Shown here: piece after piece, positions 8,679 through 18,333 of the stretch | Layout of the letters: each line of letters opens with the position of its first letter | How positions within the stretch are numbered: position 1 is the first letter of the stretch | Virus record (IMG/VR): IMGVR_UViG_2713896907_000007 | Location: 1 to 31,177 of that record | DNA: 31,177 bases | From: a virus | Lineage: Duplodnaviria; Heunggongvirae; Uroviricota; Caudoviricetes | Strand: one strand, 5' to 3' | Notes under the pieces: generated by a model | Databases searched by the model: none | The model's input: the letters and a program-made list of their open reading frames with translations, nothing else | What the model was told of the DNA's origin: nothing | Made by a program: the position numbers and the translations under genes

Positions 8679-10495
8679 TATGCCAGCCTCACAATATAGT
8701 TATACGCAACGTTTTTTACGGTGTTCTCTGAATTACCTGTGGCACTTACAGTGACGGTATGACTATGCGCGCCAATCGCAATGGAATGGCTGTGAGCACC
8801 AATGCCAACCGTGTGATTATGCTGACCAATGTCGACTGTATGGGCGTGTGCTCCCGCAGAGCTTGACACCTGGTTGGTTCCTGATACCTGTACGCGTTGT
8901 TTACCCCCGATGGAGTCACCACCGTAACGACCACCGACAGTGTGCGTATGTGCTCCTGTATTGTTTGTCGTTTTTGTCCCGTGGTTAAACGTGCTAACCG
9001 TTTTTGTCCCGTAATCAAACGAGCTGGTCGTTTTCGTTCCCAAATCCGTACTGGATGCACTGGCACTGTGGGTATGCGATTTAATGCCATCCTGTTCCTG
9101 AGACAATACAGCGCGACCACTGGCGGGTTTGCCCTTGATTGTCCAGCCGCGCATATCTGGAATCACCCCTGACGGATAAGCTGCTGCAAGCAGGGGATAG
9201 GCTGCTTTATCAAAAGTCTGCCCCTGCATCAGGGCATAGCCTGTAGGTACTGAATCAGAAGGCCACGGGATTGGAGCGCCTACCGGAAATGAATCCTGCG
9301 GTGTCCATGGTGTCCAGCCACCCGTTGAATACTGGCTGCGGGTATAGCTTCTTGATGTGTTATAGACATAGTAAATTTGTGTTATTCCGGCATTTCTAAG
9401 CACAACCAGAGTACCTGCAAGATTCTCCGGGTATTTCAGCGATGCGCTTGTATTCGCATTCAGTGGCTGATGGTACAGTCCCGGCGTTTTGTAATTATCC
9501 AGATTCTGGTTTGCACCAATCCCAATACTCTGACCGTTAAAAATATCCTGCGATGTAATATTGACATCATTGGTCAGCGGTTTGCCATTGACCTTACGCT
9601 CACCAGGAACGCGCCCGTTTGCATTGTCATTCGCGGCTTTAACCGCTTTTGGAGTCGCGGCAAGTGTTTCAGAATCGCTGTTAGTGGCGCTGCTTAACTG
9701 AACAATCCCTTTTCGTGCCGTGGTGGCGTCCTGTGCAGTGTATTTGCCATTAGCAAGGTCATATGCTGTCTTAACCGCCTTTGGCGTTGCTGCGAGCGTC
9801 TCAGATTCGCTGTTGATGGCACTACTTAGCTGAACAAGACCTTTTCGCCCCGTGCTGGCGTCCTGTGCGGTATATTTCCCGTTAGCAAGGTCATAGGCGT
9901 CCTTTACCGCTTTCGGCGTTGCGGCCAGTGTTTCAGACGTGCTGTTGGTCGCGCTGCTTAACTGAGTAAAACCTTTTGCGGTCAGCGAGGCGTCCGGGTG
10001 ACGTCGTGACTGTTCATGCTCTGCAATCTTGTCATCAACGTAATCCTGCGTTGCCATCACCGTTGTGGTGTCAATAGTCAGCTCCACTGAGGCCACACTG
10101 CTGACGATGATGACCATGCGGCAGGTCTGCGAACGCCCTGAGCCTTCGGCAAGGGCAGGCTTATAACTTTCGGCCATGTTCGCCACGGCAATTAACGTTC
10201 CCGCATCATCGTACAGGCCAAGCTCACGCGTCCAGAAACCGCCCACCTCCGGCGGGATAACCAGCTCTGCGATAATATAATTACTGTGTCGATTGCCCTG
10301 ACTGATTTTATTCAGGGTATGTCGCCAGACCTCATTAACAAGTTTTGTCTGTCCGGCATCCGGGACAGGCAATTTACCACCACCATCCCCGACGGCCATC
10401 GTGGTAATGTTGACCTTCCGCCCTCCCGGCGCGGTTGCCGCTGCCAGCTTTGCTGCACCGGCAGTGGTGATAACGGTTTTGAATTTTGTGCTCAT
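8678..10495 (-). CDS. H: Tail fibre protein H (605 aa)
   Basis: 605-aa ORF in the H position; three tandem 39-aa repeats ([33 protein letters not shown]) and a C-terminal His-rich region with repeated HxH motifs typical of tail-fibre receptor-binding domains. Confidence 0.9.
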   Translation of the reverse strand: MSTKFKTVITTAGAAKLAAATAPGGRKVNITTMAVGDGGGKLPVPDAGQTKLVNEVWRHTLNKISQGNRHSNYIIAELVIPPEVGGFWTRELGLYDDAGTLIAVANMAESYKPALAEGSGRSQTCRMVIIVSSVASVELTIDTTTVMATQDYVDDKIAEHEQSRRHPDASLTAKGFTQLSSATNSTSETLAATPKAVKDAYDLANGKYTAQDASTGRKGLVQLSSAINSESETLAATPKAVKTAYDLANGKYTAQDATTARKGIVQLSSATNSDSETLAATPKAVKAANDNANGRVPGERKVNGKPLTNDVNITSQDIFNGQSIGIGANQNLDNYKTPGLYHQPLNANTSASLKYPENLAGTLVVLRNAGITQIYYVYNTSRSYTRSQYSTGGWTPWTPQDSFPVGAPIPWPSDSVPTGYALMQGQTFDKAAYPLLAAAYPSGVIPDMRGWTIKGKPASGRAVLSQEQDGIKSHTHSASASSTDLGTKTTSSFDYGTKTVSTFNHGTKTTNNTGAHTHTVGGRYGGDSIGGKQRVQVSGTNQVSSSAGAHAHTVDIGQHNHTVGIGAHSHSIAIGAHSHTVTVSATGNSENTVKNVAYNYIVRLA

Positions 10496-10505
10496 TATTC
10501 CTCAC

Positions 10506-11036
10506 TTATCCGGGGTAAACCGTAATTACATCGCCGTCGTAAGCCACACCACCGGCGAACAGGTGGCCGGGAATGTCCTGGGTAATGTTCAGACCAATAA
10601 GGTGACGGCTTGCAGGTTTGGCATCAGCAATCAGCCTCTCCATTTCCAGATACATTTCCTCTGTGATGCCGCTTTCCAGTACACCAATATCAAGCCGGAA
10701 GGTGCCGGGCGGGTCACTGTTTTCCCACCACTCCGTCACGTTGATGAGATAGCCGAGCGGCTCCACCACACGCCGGATTGCACCTATAGTGCCTTTATGA
10801 CAGTGGATGAAATAGGCATCGCGGATAACGGCGCGTTTTGTCGCTTCCGGCCACTTTTCATCCCACCTGTCGACCGAAAACGCCCACGCCAGCCACGGCA
10901 GCAGATTTGCCGGACAGGTGTCCGGGTTCCACAGCTCACGAATACTGACCGGCGTTTTTTCAATTTCCGCACAGGCTTTTGCGGCGGCAACTTCAAGCGG
11001 TGATGAGCCGGTCGGCAGCAGTCGCGAATCACTCAT
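10506..11036 (-). CDS. I: Baseplate protein I (176 aa)
   Basis: 176-aa ORF; size and synteny match P2 gpI. Confidence 0.9.
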   Translation of the reverse strand: MSDSRLLPTGSSPLEVAAAKACAEIEKTPVSIRELWNPDTCPANLLPWLAWAFSVDRWDEKWPEATKRAVIRDAYFIHCHKGTIGAIRRVVEPLGYLINVTEWWENSDPPGTFRLDIGVLESGITEEMYLEMERLIADAKPASRHLIGLNITQDIPGHLFAGGVAYDGDVITVYPG

Positions 11037-11937
11037 CCGAGCCTCCGGTCACGACGCGGTATTCGGTGCAGAAAGACGCCTGCGTACTGTTGAGCACAAT
11101 GTCGGCCAGTGGTGCAGCCAGCTCGACACGCTGCACGCCTTCCACATGCAAAGCGGCATAAATAGCAGACAGACGGATGTCGCGCCCCAGCCGGTGCTGT
11201 GCCGTGATGTACGCTTCCAGTTTTTTCACGGCAGCAGCGCGGATGGGTTCGCTTTCGGGACCAGGGTAAAGGTAAAGCGTGGCGTTTATCTGGTATTCAA
11301 CGATGGCGGCAGACTGCACGGTCACGCGGTCGGCCACCGGCCTGACGTCCTCACCATTCAGGGCGTTACGCACCACGGCCAGCAGGTCTTCGGATGCGAC
11401 ACCGTTATTTTCACGGGACAGCACGGAGATGGTGACGCAGGCCGGAGACGGACTGGTGACCGAGATATCCGCGACACGCCCGTCGGCACTGCGACCATGA
11501 TACTGATAGGCTCCCACCGACCCGGCGACGCTTAAGCCCTCAAACGCCTGCTGAATACGCAGACGATAATCGGTGTCAGACTCCATCACTGCCGGTGTCA
11601 GCGGGATAGTCGAATCATCTGCCGGGGTGATAGTCAGGCGCGTGGTGTTGTAATTGGCACCAATCACATCAAGGTCATTACCGGCGGCACAGGCCAGCAT
11701 CACCGCCCGTGCGGCCTCATTCACACGCTGACGCCAGATAAGCTCACGATAAGCATTTTCCTCCAGCAGTTTGACGAGAGGCTCGGATTCCAGCGTCAGG
11801 GTACGGGCGACCGCCTCCTGCTGGTCTTCCGGGTAAAGGGAAATCAGTGTCGCCTTGCGTTCAGCGAGAATGGTTTCAAAGTCCAGCTCCTCGACCACAT
11901 CCGGTGCGGGTAGCTGGTTCAGGTCGATAATCGACAT
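11029..11937 (-). CDS. J: Baseplate protein J (302 aa)
   Basis: 302-aa ORF; size and synteny match P2 gpJ. Confidence 0.9.
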   Translation of the reverse strand: MSIIDLNQLPAPDVVEELDFETILAERKATLISLYPEDQQEAVARTLTLESEPLVKLLEENAYRELIWRQRVNEAARAVMLACAAGNDLDVIGANYNTTRLTITPADDSTIPLTPAVMESDTDYRLRIQQAFEGLSVAGSVGAYQYHGRSADGRVADISVTSPSPACVTISVLSRENNGVASEDLLAVVRNALNGEDVRPVADRVTVQSAAIVEYQINATLYLYPGPESEPIRAAAVKKLEAYITAQHRLGRDIRLSAIYAALHVEGVQRVELAAPLADIVLNSTQASFCTEYRVVTGGSDE

Positions 11938-11941
11938 GGTT

Positions 11942-12289
11942 TCAACTCACAGAGATGGTTAACGAAAGTGGCTGGCCGGTGTCGTTGTGCTGGCCGGTTA
12001 ACGTGACCGTCATTCGCCCGTCAAAACTGCGCGCCGTGGTGACGGATGACAGGGTGACGCGGGGTTCCCATTTCAGCACCGCCATGTAACAGGCGACCTT
12101 AATCTGCAACTCAAGCGCCGGGGTCTGCGGCTGGTCAATCATTGACGCCAGCAACGAGCCGTAATCACGACGCATCACCCGTGAGCCGACCGGTGTGCGC
12201 AGGATATCGCCGATACTCTGGCTGATATGCTCAAGGTCAGTGACAGTCAGGCCATCACTGCGATTCATTCCGAGATAACGTGCTGTCAT
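11942..12289 (-). CDS. W: Baseplate protein W (115 aa)
   Basis: 115-aa ORF; size and synteny match P2 gpW. Confidence 0.9.
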   Translation of the reverse strand: MTARYLGMNRSDGLTVTDLEHISQSIGDILRTPVGSRVMRRDYGSLLASMIDQPQTPALELQIKVACYMAVLKWEPRVTLSSVTTARSFDGRMTVTLTGQHNDTGQPLSLTISVS

Positions 12290-12921
12290 AGAGGACTCCC
12301 GGTTGTGCCGCCGCTGTCGCCGGGGTGTTTATGGGTATGCAGTACTTTACCGTTTGATGAGAGTTCACCGCCGGTGTGTTCAATGTTGCCGCGCATCGTT
12401 CCGCCTTTCTGCACTTCCAGCGTGCCGGTAATCAGCTTGTTGGTGCAGACCACCTCCGGTGTGTCCAGGGTGATGCGGGTTGACGCTTTCACCATGACCA
12501 CCGGCACCGTGGCAGTAACAGAATCAGAAGCCGTCACGCTGGCCGTTTTAATTCCGCTTACCGTGAGTGCACTGGTTTCGGGTTCATATTCAATCACCGC
12601 CCCGTCAGGGAAACGGATATGCAGGGCATCCGCCGACGCAGACGGCGCGGGGTTATCGCCGGAATAAATCCCCGGCAGAACAAACGCCGTGTCAAGTTCA
12701 CCGCCCACGGCCAGAATCAGCACCTGCTCCCCCACGGAAGGTGCCCACCATGTGCGCGAACGCCCGGCACGACAGGTCAGCCACTGAAGCCAGTCGGTGC
12801 ACATGCCGCCGGTCTGCACACGGCAGCGACCGGATTTAAGGTTGGTTTCGACGACAAGGCCGGTGCGAATCATGTTGCGCAGTGCGCGCGCGAGTTCCTG
12901 GATATTTGCGAGAGTGTTCAT
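12286..12921 (-). CDS. V: Baseplate spike protein V (211 aa)
   Basis: 211-aa ORF; size and synteny match P2 gpV. Confidence 0.9.
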   Translation of the reverse strand: MNTLANIQELARALRNMIRTGLVVETNLKSGRCRVQTGGMCTDWLQWLTCRAGRSRTWWAPSVGEQVLILAVGGELDTAFVLPGIYSGDNPAPSASADALHIRFPDGAVIEYEPETSALTVSGIKTASVTASDSVTATVPVVMVKASTRITLDTPEVVCTNKLITGTLEVQKGGTMRGNIEHTGGELSSNGKVLHTHKHPGDSGGTTGSPL

Positions 12922-12987
12922 AACGGGAAGGATGCCGCCGGGTCATACCGGCGGCAATGTGACGATGAGGTGTCAGGAGTGGCACAA

Positions 12988-13440
12988 CTAACGGTCGAGG
13001 TGAGCCAGGATAATCTCTTCAATCATCTGCACATCCTCACCGGTAAAGCCGAGCAGAGGACGCGCCGGATAATCAATTTTCTTACCGTCTTTCCGGGTTT
13101 CTTCCGACAGACCGAACTGATGCACACTGGCTATTTTCGGTGACTTCCCGCCGTAAAACTCCATTGACGCCTGTTCAGGGCTGGCGCGGATATGCAAAAA
13201 ACGACTGGTGATAAGTTTCGCAAACATTTTTCGTTTAATGCGACCGGTCTTTTTTCTGGCGCTCTGCTGCTGGCGTGGTGCGTAGGGTGTGCCGTCCGGG
13301 GCTTTCTGTGCCATCACCCGACGCTGCTGACTCTGCCGCAGGCGTTTCGCCAGTTCGGCACTCAGTCGCCGACGCCCTGACGGTGACAGCGACTCAATCA
13401 GTCCGGTCAGCCGGTCTTCAAAACGCTTAAACTCATTCAT
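12988..13440 (-). CDS. S: Tail completion protein S (150 aa)
   Basis: 150-aa ORF; size and synteny match P2 gpS. Confidence 0.9.
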   Translation of the reverse strand: MNEFKRFEDRLTGLIESLSPSGRRRLSAELAKRLRQSQQRRVMAQKAPDGTPYAPRQQQSARKKTGRIKRKMFAKLITSRFLHIRASPEQASMEFYGGKSPKIASVHQFGLSEETRKDGKKIDYPARPLLGFTGEDVQMIEEIILAHLDR

Positions 13441-13900
13441 CCCACTTACTCACCAGTTCACCATTGATATAAAGCTCCATCGGGCGGGTAACCGGCTCCG
13501 GCGGCGGGGGTTCCGGGATATTCTTCACATGCAGTGCGCCGTCCACCTCACTGACCAGCGTGCGCTCGGTCAGCATCAGGCTGATGCTGATATCAAAGCT
13601 GCTGTCATTGTTGATGTCCGCATAAAACGTGAAGCCCTTTTTCTGGCCTTCGTCGGTGGTCATGATGTCGGGCTGATTTTCCCGCAGCCACGCCAGCACC
13701 GGCACGATGAGCAGGTCAAAATCACCGGTAAAGTCGGTCACAATGACATTGAGCGTGTAACGCTTTTCGAATGACAGCGACGTCGCCAGCGTGGAGGCAA
13801 TACTCCCGTTATCCACGAATATCCGCAGCATCTCGGGACTGGTTTTCAGCACCATGACGGCATCAGTCAGCGCCCTGCGCAGGCTGTCGGGTTTGAGCAT
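13433..13900 (-). CDS. R: Tail completion protein R (155 aa)
   Basis: 155-aa ORF; size and synteny match P2 gpR. Confidence 0.9.
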   Translation of the reverse strand: MLKPDSLRRALTDAVMVLKTSPEMLRIFVDNGSIASTLATSLSFEKRYTLNVIVTDFTGDFDLLIVPVLAWLRENQPDIMTTDEGQKKGFTFYADINNDSSFDISISLMLTERTLVSEVDGALHVKNIPEPPPPEPVTRPMELYINGELVSKWDE

Positions 13901-14153
13901 CGTTTTCGTCCTGACAGTGTTTAATCATTTTTACCTGGCTGGCACAGCGTGCCAGCGCGTTCTCAAGCTGCCGGATATCAGCACTTAAATCGCCGTTCGT
14001 CTGCGGGTCACTGCCCGGCATCGGGCAAAGGCTCACTTTCGGGCAGGCGTTGACGACAATCACTGGCGTCGGTGCAGGCCGGGCGCTGGTGCAACCGGCG
14101 CACAGCATCAGGCAGGTCAGCACCGTACCAGCGGCGAAAATCTTCGTTTTCAT
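13863..14153 (-). CDS. lysC: LysC, Rz1-like outer-membrane lipoprotein spanin (96 aa)
   Basis: 96-aa ORF in an alternative frame overlapping the 3' part of lysB and the start of R; signal peptide with lipobox LCAGC followed by a Pro-rich mature part, typical of o-spanins. Confidence 0.8.
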   Translation of the reverse strand: MKTKIFAAGTVLTCLMLCAGCTSARPAPTPVIVVNACPKVSLCPMPGSDPQTNGDLSADIRQLENALARCASQVKMIKHCQDENDAQTRQPAQGAD

Positions 14154-14433
14154 TCAGTAACCTCGTGATGGTTTTCTCGCGCTGTGCTTCACGCTTCGCG
14201 GCGTTCTCCAGTTCCTGACGCAGTGCCACCTGCGCCAGCTCGTTTTTGTCTGCCCTGGTGAGTGCAACATGAAGCTGGTTTTTCAGCATGGTGATGGTCG
14301 TCTGCTGCCCGCTGGCGACGTTGTTCGCCCTGTCCAGCGAGGCGCGCAGGCTGGCGTTTTCATGCTTCGCCAGAAACAGCCCCGCCACCGCCAGCGATAA
14401 CAACACAACCATCACAATCATCAGCTTTGACAT
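14008..14433 (-). CDS. lysB: LysB, Rz-like inner-membrane spanin (141 aa)
   Basis: 141-aa ORF with N-terminal transmembrane segment (IVMVVLLSLAVAGLFLA) and charged coiled-coil periplasmic part; position matches P2 lysB. Confidence 0.88.
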   Translation of the reverse strand: MSKLMIVMVVLLSLAVAGLFLAKHENASLRASLDRANNVASGQQTTITMLKNQLHVALTRADKNELAQVALRQELENAAKREAQREKTITRLLNENEDFRRWYGADLPDAVRRLHQRPACTDASDCRQRLPESEPLPDAGQ

Positions 14434-14846
14434 GGTTCCCGCCCCTCAAAACGCTGACGGCAGGCCGTACGTATCAGCCGGAAGAACACCGACGCCACGA
14501 GGTAAATCAGCGCAGTAAAAATCCACCCGGCAGCGACCAGCGAGATAAACGTCGCCACCATCACCACCAGAGCCGCTGCCCGCCTGCGCCACGGCACCGG
14601 CTGCAAAAACAGCGACGTGACAATCTTCACGGCCAGCGATTCCGGCGGCAGCTCCCGCCCGTAGCGTTCCAGCACATACTCAGTGGCATACACCCCGACA
14701 CCACCGGCAACCACACAGATAACCGTCTCCAGAATCGCCCAGGCGGCGACAAAACTGACGGCCACGCTCTGCGGGTAAATCAGGGACAGTGCCAGCATCA
14801 GCGCCAGCGACACGTTCAGCATCAGTGAAAGGGATAATTTCTTCAT
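14421..14846 (-). CDS. lysA: LysA, membrane protein affecting lysis timing (141 aa)
   Basis: 141-aa ORF with several hydrophobic helices, between K and lysB as in P2. Confidence 0.85.
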   Translation of the reverse strand: MKKLSLSLMLNVSLALMLALSLIYPQSVAVSFVAAWAILETVICVVAGGVGVYATEYVLERYGRELPPESLAVKIVTSLFLQPVPWRRRAAALVVMVATFISLVAAGWIFTALIYLVASVFFRLIRTACRQRFEGREPCQS

Positions 14847-14860
14847 GGTGTTTACTCCGT

Positions 14861-15358
14861 TTAAGCCGGTACGCCGCCAGCGGTACGCCAGACGGTGACC
14901 AGTTTTTCCAGTGAATGCTCACGCTGACCGTAACCGGCACCCGGCAGGGACGCCCAGATATTGCGACAGCGTGAAATGGCGCGCTCAATGCGTCCCGCCC
15001 GGATGTCATCCAGTGCACCGCGTTCGCGGATCAACTGAATGGCGAGCCTGTCCTGTGACAACGGACTGAAATCCGGCAGGGCAAGCTGTTTGCGGTAGTG
15101 CGGCCAGAACAGGTAAAGCTGCTGATAGCGACCGGAGGCCGTGGATTTTTCACCGCGACGGTTAAACACCTTCGCCGGTCGGCCATGTGCGAACGGGTGG
15201 TCACTGTAGTCGGTGAAAATTTCCGGCTTCCCGTCCAGTCCGGTGACTATCACGTCATAGCCCCGGTTTTTCGTCAGCGGATGATTCGCCGTCCCTTCGG
15301 ACACGGCCAGCATGTCGAGAAAGGCAGCGATATTCTGATGCGTGTTAATTACCGGCAT
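14861..15358 (-). CDS. K: Endolysin K (165 aa)
   Basis: 165-aa ORF; size and position match the P2 K endolysin. Confidence 0.9.
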   Translation of the reverse strand: MPVINTHQNIAAFLDMLAVSEGTANHPLTKNRGYDVIVTGLDGKPEIFTDYSDHPFAHGRPAKVFNRRGEKSTASGRYQQLYLFWPHYRKQLALPDFSPLSQDRLAIQLIRERGALDDIRAGRIERAISRCRNIWASLPGAGYGQREHSLEKLVTVWRTAGGVPA

Positions 15359-15639
15359 TACTGTTTCCCCCTGCCCTTAAAACGGCGCTGAATGGCAATC
15401 TCAATCACCTGATAACCGGCGATACCCAGCATGGAGCCGATGCCGCACACCGCAGGCAGCGACAGGTCAGGAAACTGCACCAGAACAACACCGGCAACCA
15501 TCGATACAAAACCACCGAGCAACATGCGCCCGATAAACAGACGCGGGGTGATGGGTTCACCACCGGCAAGCACCTTGCCGACAACAATCAGCACCCCAAT
15601 CATGAAAAGCGACAGGACGCTTTTTTCTTCTGCTGTCAT
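15358..15639 (-). CDS. Y: Holin Y (93 aa)
   Basis: 93-aa ORF with hydrophobic transmembrane segments, directly upstream of K. Confidence 0.9.
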   Translation of the reverse strand: MTAEEKSVLSLFMIGVLIVVGKVLAGGEPITPRLFIGRMLLGGFVSMVAGVVLVQFPDLSLPAVCGIGSMLGIAGYQVIEIAIQRRFKGRGKQ

Positions 15640-15642
15640 GCG

Positions 15643-15846
15643 TTACTCCCACAGATTGACAGTTTCAGCCACGGGCGCGGTCTGAACGTCGGGCAGTTCG
15701 ACGGCGGTGCCGTGCGGCAGCACCGCACCCAGTTCAGCCAGTCCCGGATTTGCGGCGAGCACGTTCTCAACCACGCCCTCAGTGCGCCCGTAATACCGGA
15801 CACAAATGGCGTCGAGCGTGTCGCCCTGTAGCGCAAAGGTCTTCAT
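15643..15846 (-). CDS. X: Tail protein X (67 aa)
   Basis: ORF 15643..15915 trimmed to the internal Met giving MKTFALQGDTLDAICVRYYGR... (67 aa), the P2 gpX N-terminus as I recall it; ATG overlaps L stop. Confidence 0.85.
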   Translation of the reverse strand: MKTFALQGDTLDAICVRYYGRTEGVVENVLAANPGLAELGAVLPHGTAVELPDVQTAPVAETVNLWE

Positions 15847-16355
15847 CAGATTTGACTCACGATGCAGCGCGGCTTGTCCTGGATGCGCGCCACTGCCCAG
15901 CGCATATCCCGCCACAGCTCATCAATGGTGCTGTCAATGCTGTCGGCCTTCTTGTCGCCTTTCGCACTGGCATCCACGCCGCGGTAACGCTCATAAAGCG
16001 ACGCGGTCGCCATCGCACACACGGCGCGCTCGTAGTAAAAAACTTTGATGCTTTCACCGTCGATGTCGTCCGCCGGAACGTCCGCCAGACGCGTAAAACC
16101 GGCGGCAATTTTCTGTTCGCGGTACTCGTACAGCTCCGCATTCGTCTCCGCCATGCCTGACTTGATGGCCTCACGCAGACGGGCGGGGGCGACGGTCTGC
16201 TCAAGGCGCATACGTTCCCGGACGCGCTTCGGGTCGATATCGGGAAAAAAGAACGTGTTTTTAATCACCGGCTCGTCGCCTGCCGGTTGCGGGATGGCCA
16301 CCGTACCCTCACCGGACACGGGAGCCTCCTTTCGCGGAATAATCAGCGTCATCAT
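15846..16355 (-). CDS. L: Head completion protein L (169 aa)
   Basis: ORF 15846..16415 trimmed to MMTLIIPRKEAP..., giving 169 aa like P2 gpL; SD GAGGT 5 nt upstream of the ATG at 16355. Confidence 0.88.
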   Translation of the reverse strand: MMTLIIPRKEAPVSGEGTVAIPQPAGDEPVIKNTFFFPDIDPKRVRERMRLEQTVAPARLREAIKSGMAETNAELYEYREQKIAAGFTRLADVPADDIDGESIKVFYYERAVCAMATASLYERYRGVDASAKGDKKADSIDSTIDELWRDMRWAVARIQDKPRCIVSQI

Positions 16356-16454
16356 GACTACCTCTAAAAAGTCGGGCGGTGGACGCCGGTACAGCGTCAG
16401 GTGATTCACCCTCACTGACCGGCGTGCCGCCCTGGCGCGGGGCGCATTCGGTTG

Positions 16455-17198
16455 TTAACTGGCTTTCTTTTTCTGGCGTCCACGTTTTGCCGGTGTCACG
16501 CTCCGGGTCTTACGCGGGGTACGGGTGGCCGCTTTGGGCTGCGGCTCCGGCTTCGGTTTCAGCTCCCGCTCCAGTCGTTCAATCTCTTTTTTGACGCCTG
16601 CCTGACAGTCGAGCCGTGTCGCACGTTGCAGGTGAGCCAGCGCACCGGCGGCATCACCACCGTCACGCAGAAACAGACCGGTGATTTTGTGCAGCTTTGC
16701 GCGCACTTCATCAGGCATGTCAGCCGTGGCGGTCAGTTCAAGGGTCTCCGTCAGCAGGCGGGTATCCACAGACTCACCGGCAGCGTGGGCACGCATGGCC
16801 GCAAGCGCCACCTCCTCGGTGAACATGTACGGCGGGGTGCGGCGGTGTTTACCTGGCATGGTCAGACCGTACTTCAGGGCATAACGGGCAATCTCCAGCG
16901 CACCGGCAATATCGCCGGTATCCAGACGCCACAGCATGACCGTCATCAGAATGTCATCCTGTGCACCTTTGCCCTGCTCCAGCACGCCGTTCACCCACGG
17001 CAACCAGAACGGCAGCAGTTCGCGCTTTTTCGCGGCCTTCAGCTCTTTTGAATAAATCGCTTTCAGTGTGCGCTGGTCTGCGGCGAGCTTAACCAGCATC
17101 TGCTCATAGACAGTTGCATGTCGCAGCGGGGCGGCTTCCCGCTGCGCGGTCATTGCTGCCGAGACCCGCATCATGTGGCGCTGTGCGGGACTCGTCAT
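16455..17198 (-). CDS. M: Terminase small subunit M (247 aa)
   Basis: 247-aa ORF; size and synteny match P2 gpM. Confidence 0.9.
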   Translation of the reverse strand: MTSPAQRHMMRVSAAMTAQREAAPLRHATVYEQMLVKLAADQRTLKAIYSKELKAAKKRELLPFWLPWVNGVLEQGKGAQDDILMTVMLWRLDTGDIAGALEIARYALKYGLTMPGKHRRTPPYMFTEEVALAAMRAHAAGESVDTRLLTETLELTATADMPDEVRAKLHKITGLFLRDGGDAAGALAHLQRATRLDCQAGVKKEIERLERELKPKPEPQPKAATRTPRKTRSVTPAKRGRQKKKAS

Positions 17199-17201
17199 CG
17201 G

Positions 17202-18275
17202 TTACGCTCCCGGCTCTGCGGTCGCTTTAGCCGGTGTGGAGAAATCACCGACCTTAATTTTTTCCACCAGACAACCGGCGGCGTAGTCTTCCACCACGTA
17301 ATCAATGTTCATTGACTCGTAGTTCTCCACGCGGTCGAGTTTCGGGTTTTCCACAATCACGCGGCGATGGCTGTCATCCATGTAGTAGATGGACAGGTTT
17401 TCCAGCTTCGTGATGAGCATCGCATCCGCCGGGAAGTACGGGACGCGTACCGCTGGCAGGTTACCGATGCGTTTCTGGCTGATGATGACGTCAGCGGCCA
17501 GCATTTCGCTGTTGTCCTGCTCCTTGTTAACGATGGGGAAATACTTGTCCGCCAGTAACTGACGCCCCACAATCACCACAAGGTCAGGGTCTTCCTGATA
17601 CCACGGCTCAATCAGGTTGTTGGTCGCATCCATCACCAGTGCATCAAGGCTGGCATAATCACCGCCCTTACCCACGCGGATAACCTCAGAGGTGGTGCGG
17701 CCTTCCTCGTCAGTGACCTTACTCATCACGCGCGCCGGGGCTTCATTGCGGTATTTCTGCAGCCAGCCGACCGCCACATCCTGCAGCATCGGGTTACTGC
17801 TGCGGTCAGAGGTTTCGGCACGCTTCACACCGTTAAAACCGGCCATGATTAAATCAAGAGCCTGACGTTTGATAATGGCGTTACGGACACGGAGCTGGAA
17901 ATCCTGATAACGCGCCCACAGGTCAAGCGTTTTGTAGCGGATATAAAAATCGAAGTTAATCTGGTCGCATTCGTACTTGTTTGACGCCAGCTTCGAAAAA
18001 TCCTTCGGCTGACGCTCGGTGCCACCGGCGGTGTCGGTGGTGCTGGCAATGGAGCCGGTGACACCGATGCCAATTTTTTCCCCTTTCATTTCGCTGACCG
18101 GCACAATATTGATGCGGGTCAGAAAATCAGAGGACTCCTGCATGGTGTTCATCAGGGTCTGGGTGACCGACGGTTCAACGGTGAATTTTTTCGACACATC
18201 ACCGGCGTCGATGCCGTTCAGTTCGGCAACACGGGACAGGTAGGCATTAAATTTAAAGCGGGTTTCCTGGCGCAT
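17202..18275 (-). CDS. N: Major capsid protein N (357 aa)
   Basis: 357-aa ORF; size and synteny match P2 gpN. Confidence 0.92.
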   Translation of the reverse strand: MRQETRFKFNAYLSRVAELNGIDAGDVSKKFTVEPSVTQTLMNTMQESSDFLTRINIVPVSEMKGEKIGIGVTGSIASTTDTAGGTERQPKDFSKLASNKYECDQINFDFYIRYKTLDLWARYQDFQLRVRNAIIKRQALDLIMAGFNGVKRAETSDRSSNPMLQDVAVGWLQKYRNEAPARVMSKVTDEEGRTTSEVIRVGKGGDYASLDALVMDATNNLIEPWYQEDPDLVVIVGRQLLADKYFPIVNKEQDNSEMLAADVIISQKRIGNLPAVRVPYFPADAMLITKLENLSIYYMDDSHRRVIVENPKLDRVENYESMNIDYVVEDYAAGCLVEKIKVGDFSTPAKATAEPGA

Positions 18276-18333
18276 AGTTTTTCCTGAAATTAAGGGTTAA
18301 TCGTGAAGGTTTTCCCGGACTGACTGACGCCGG

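Noticed and set aside
8746-9120. 124-aa ORF in an alternative frame inside H
   Set aside because: Fully contained in the well-supported tail fibre gene on the same strand, and no ribosome-binding site is apparent; most likely a chance ORF in GC-rich DNA.
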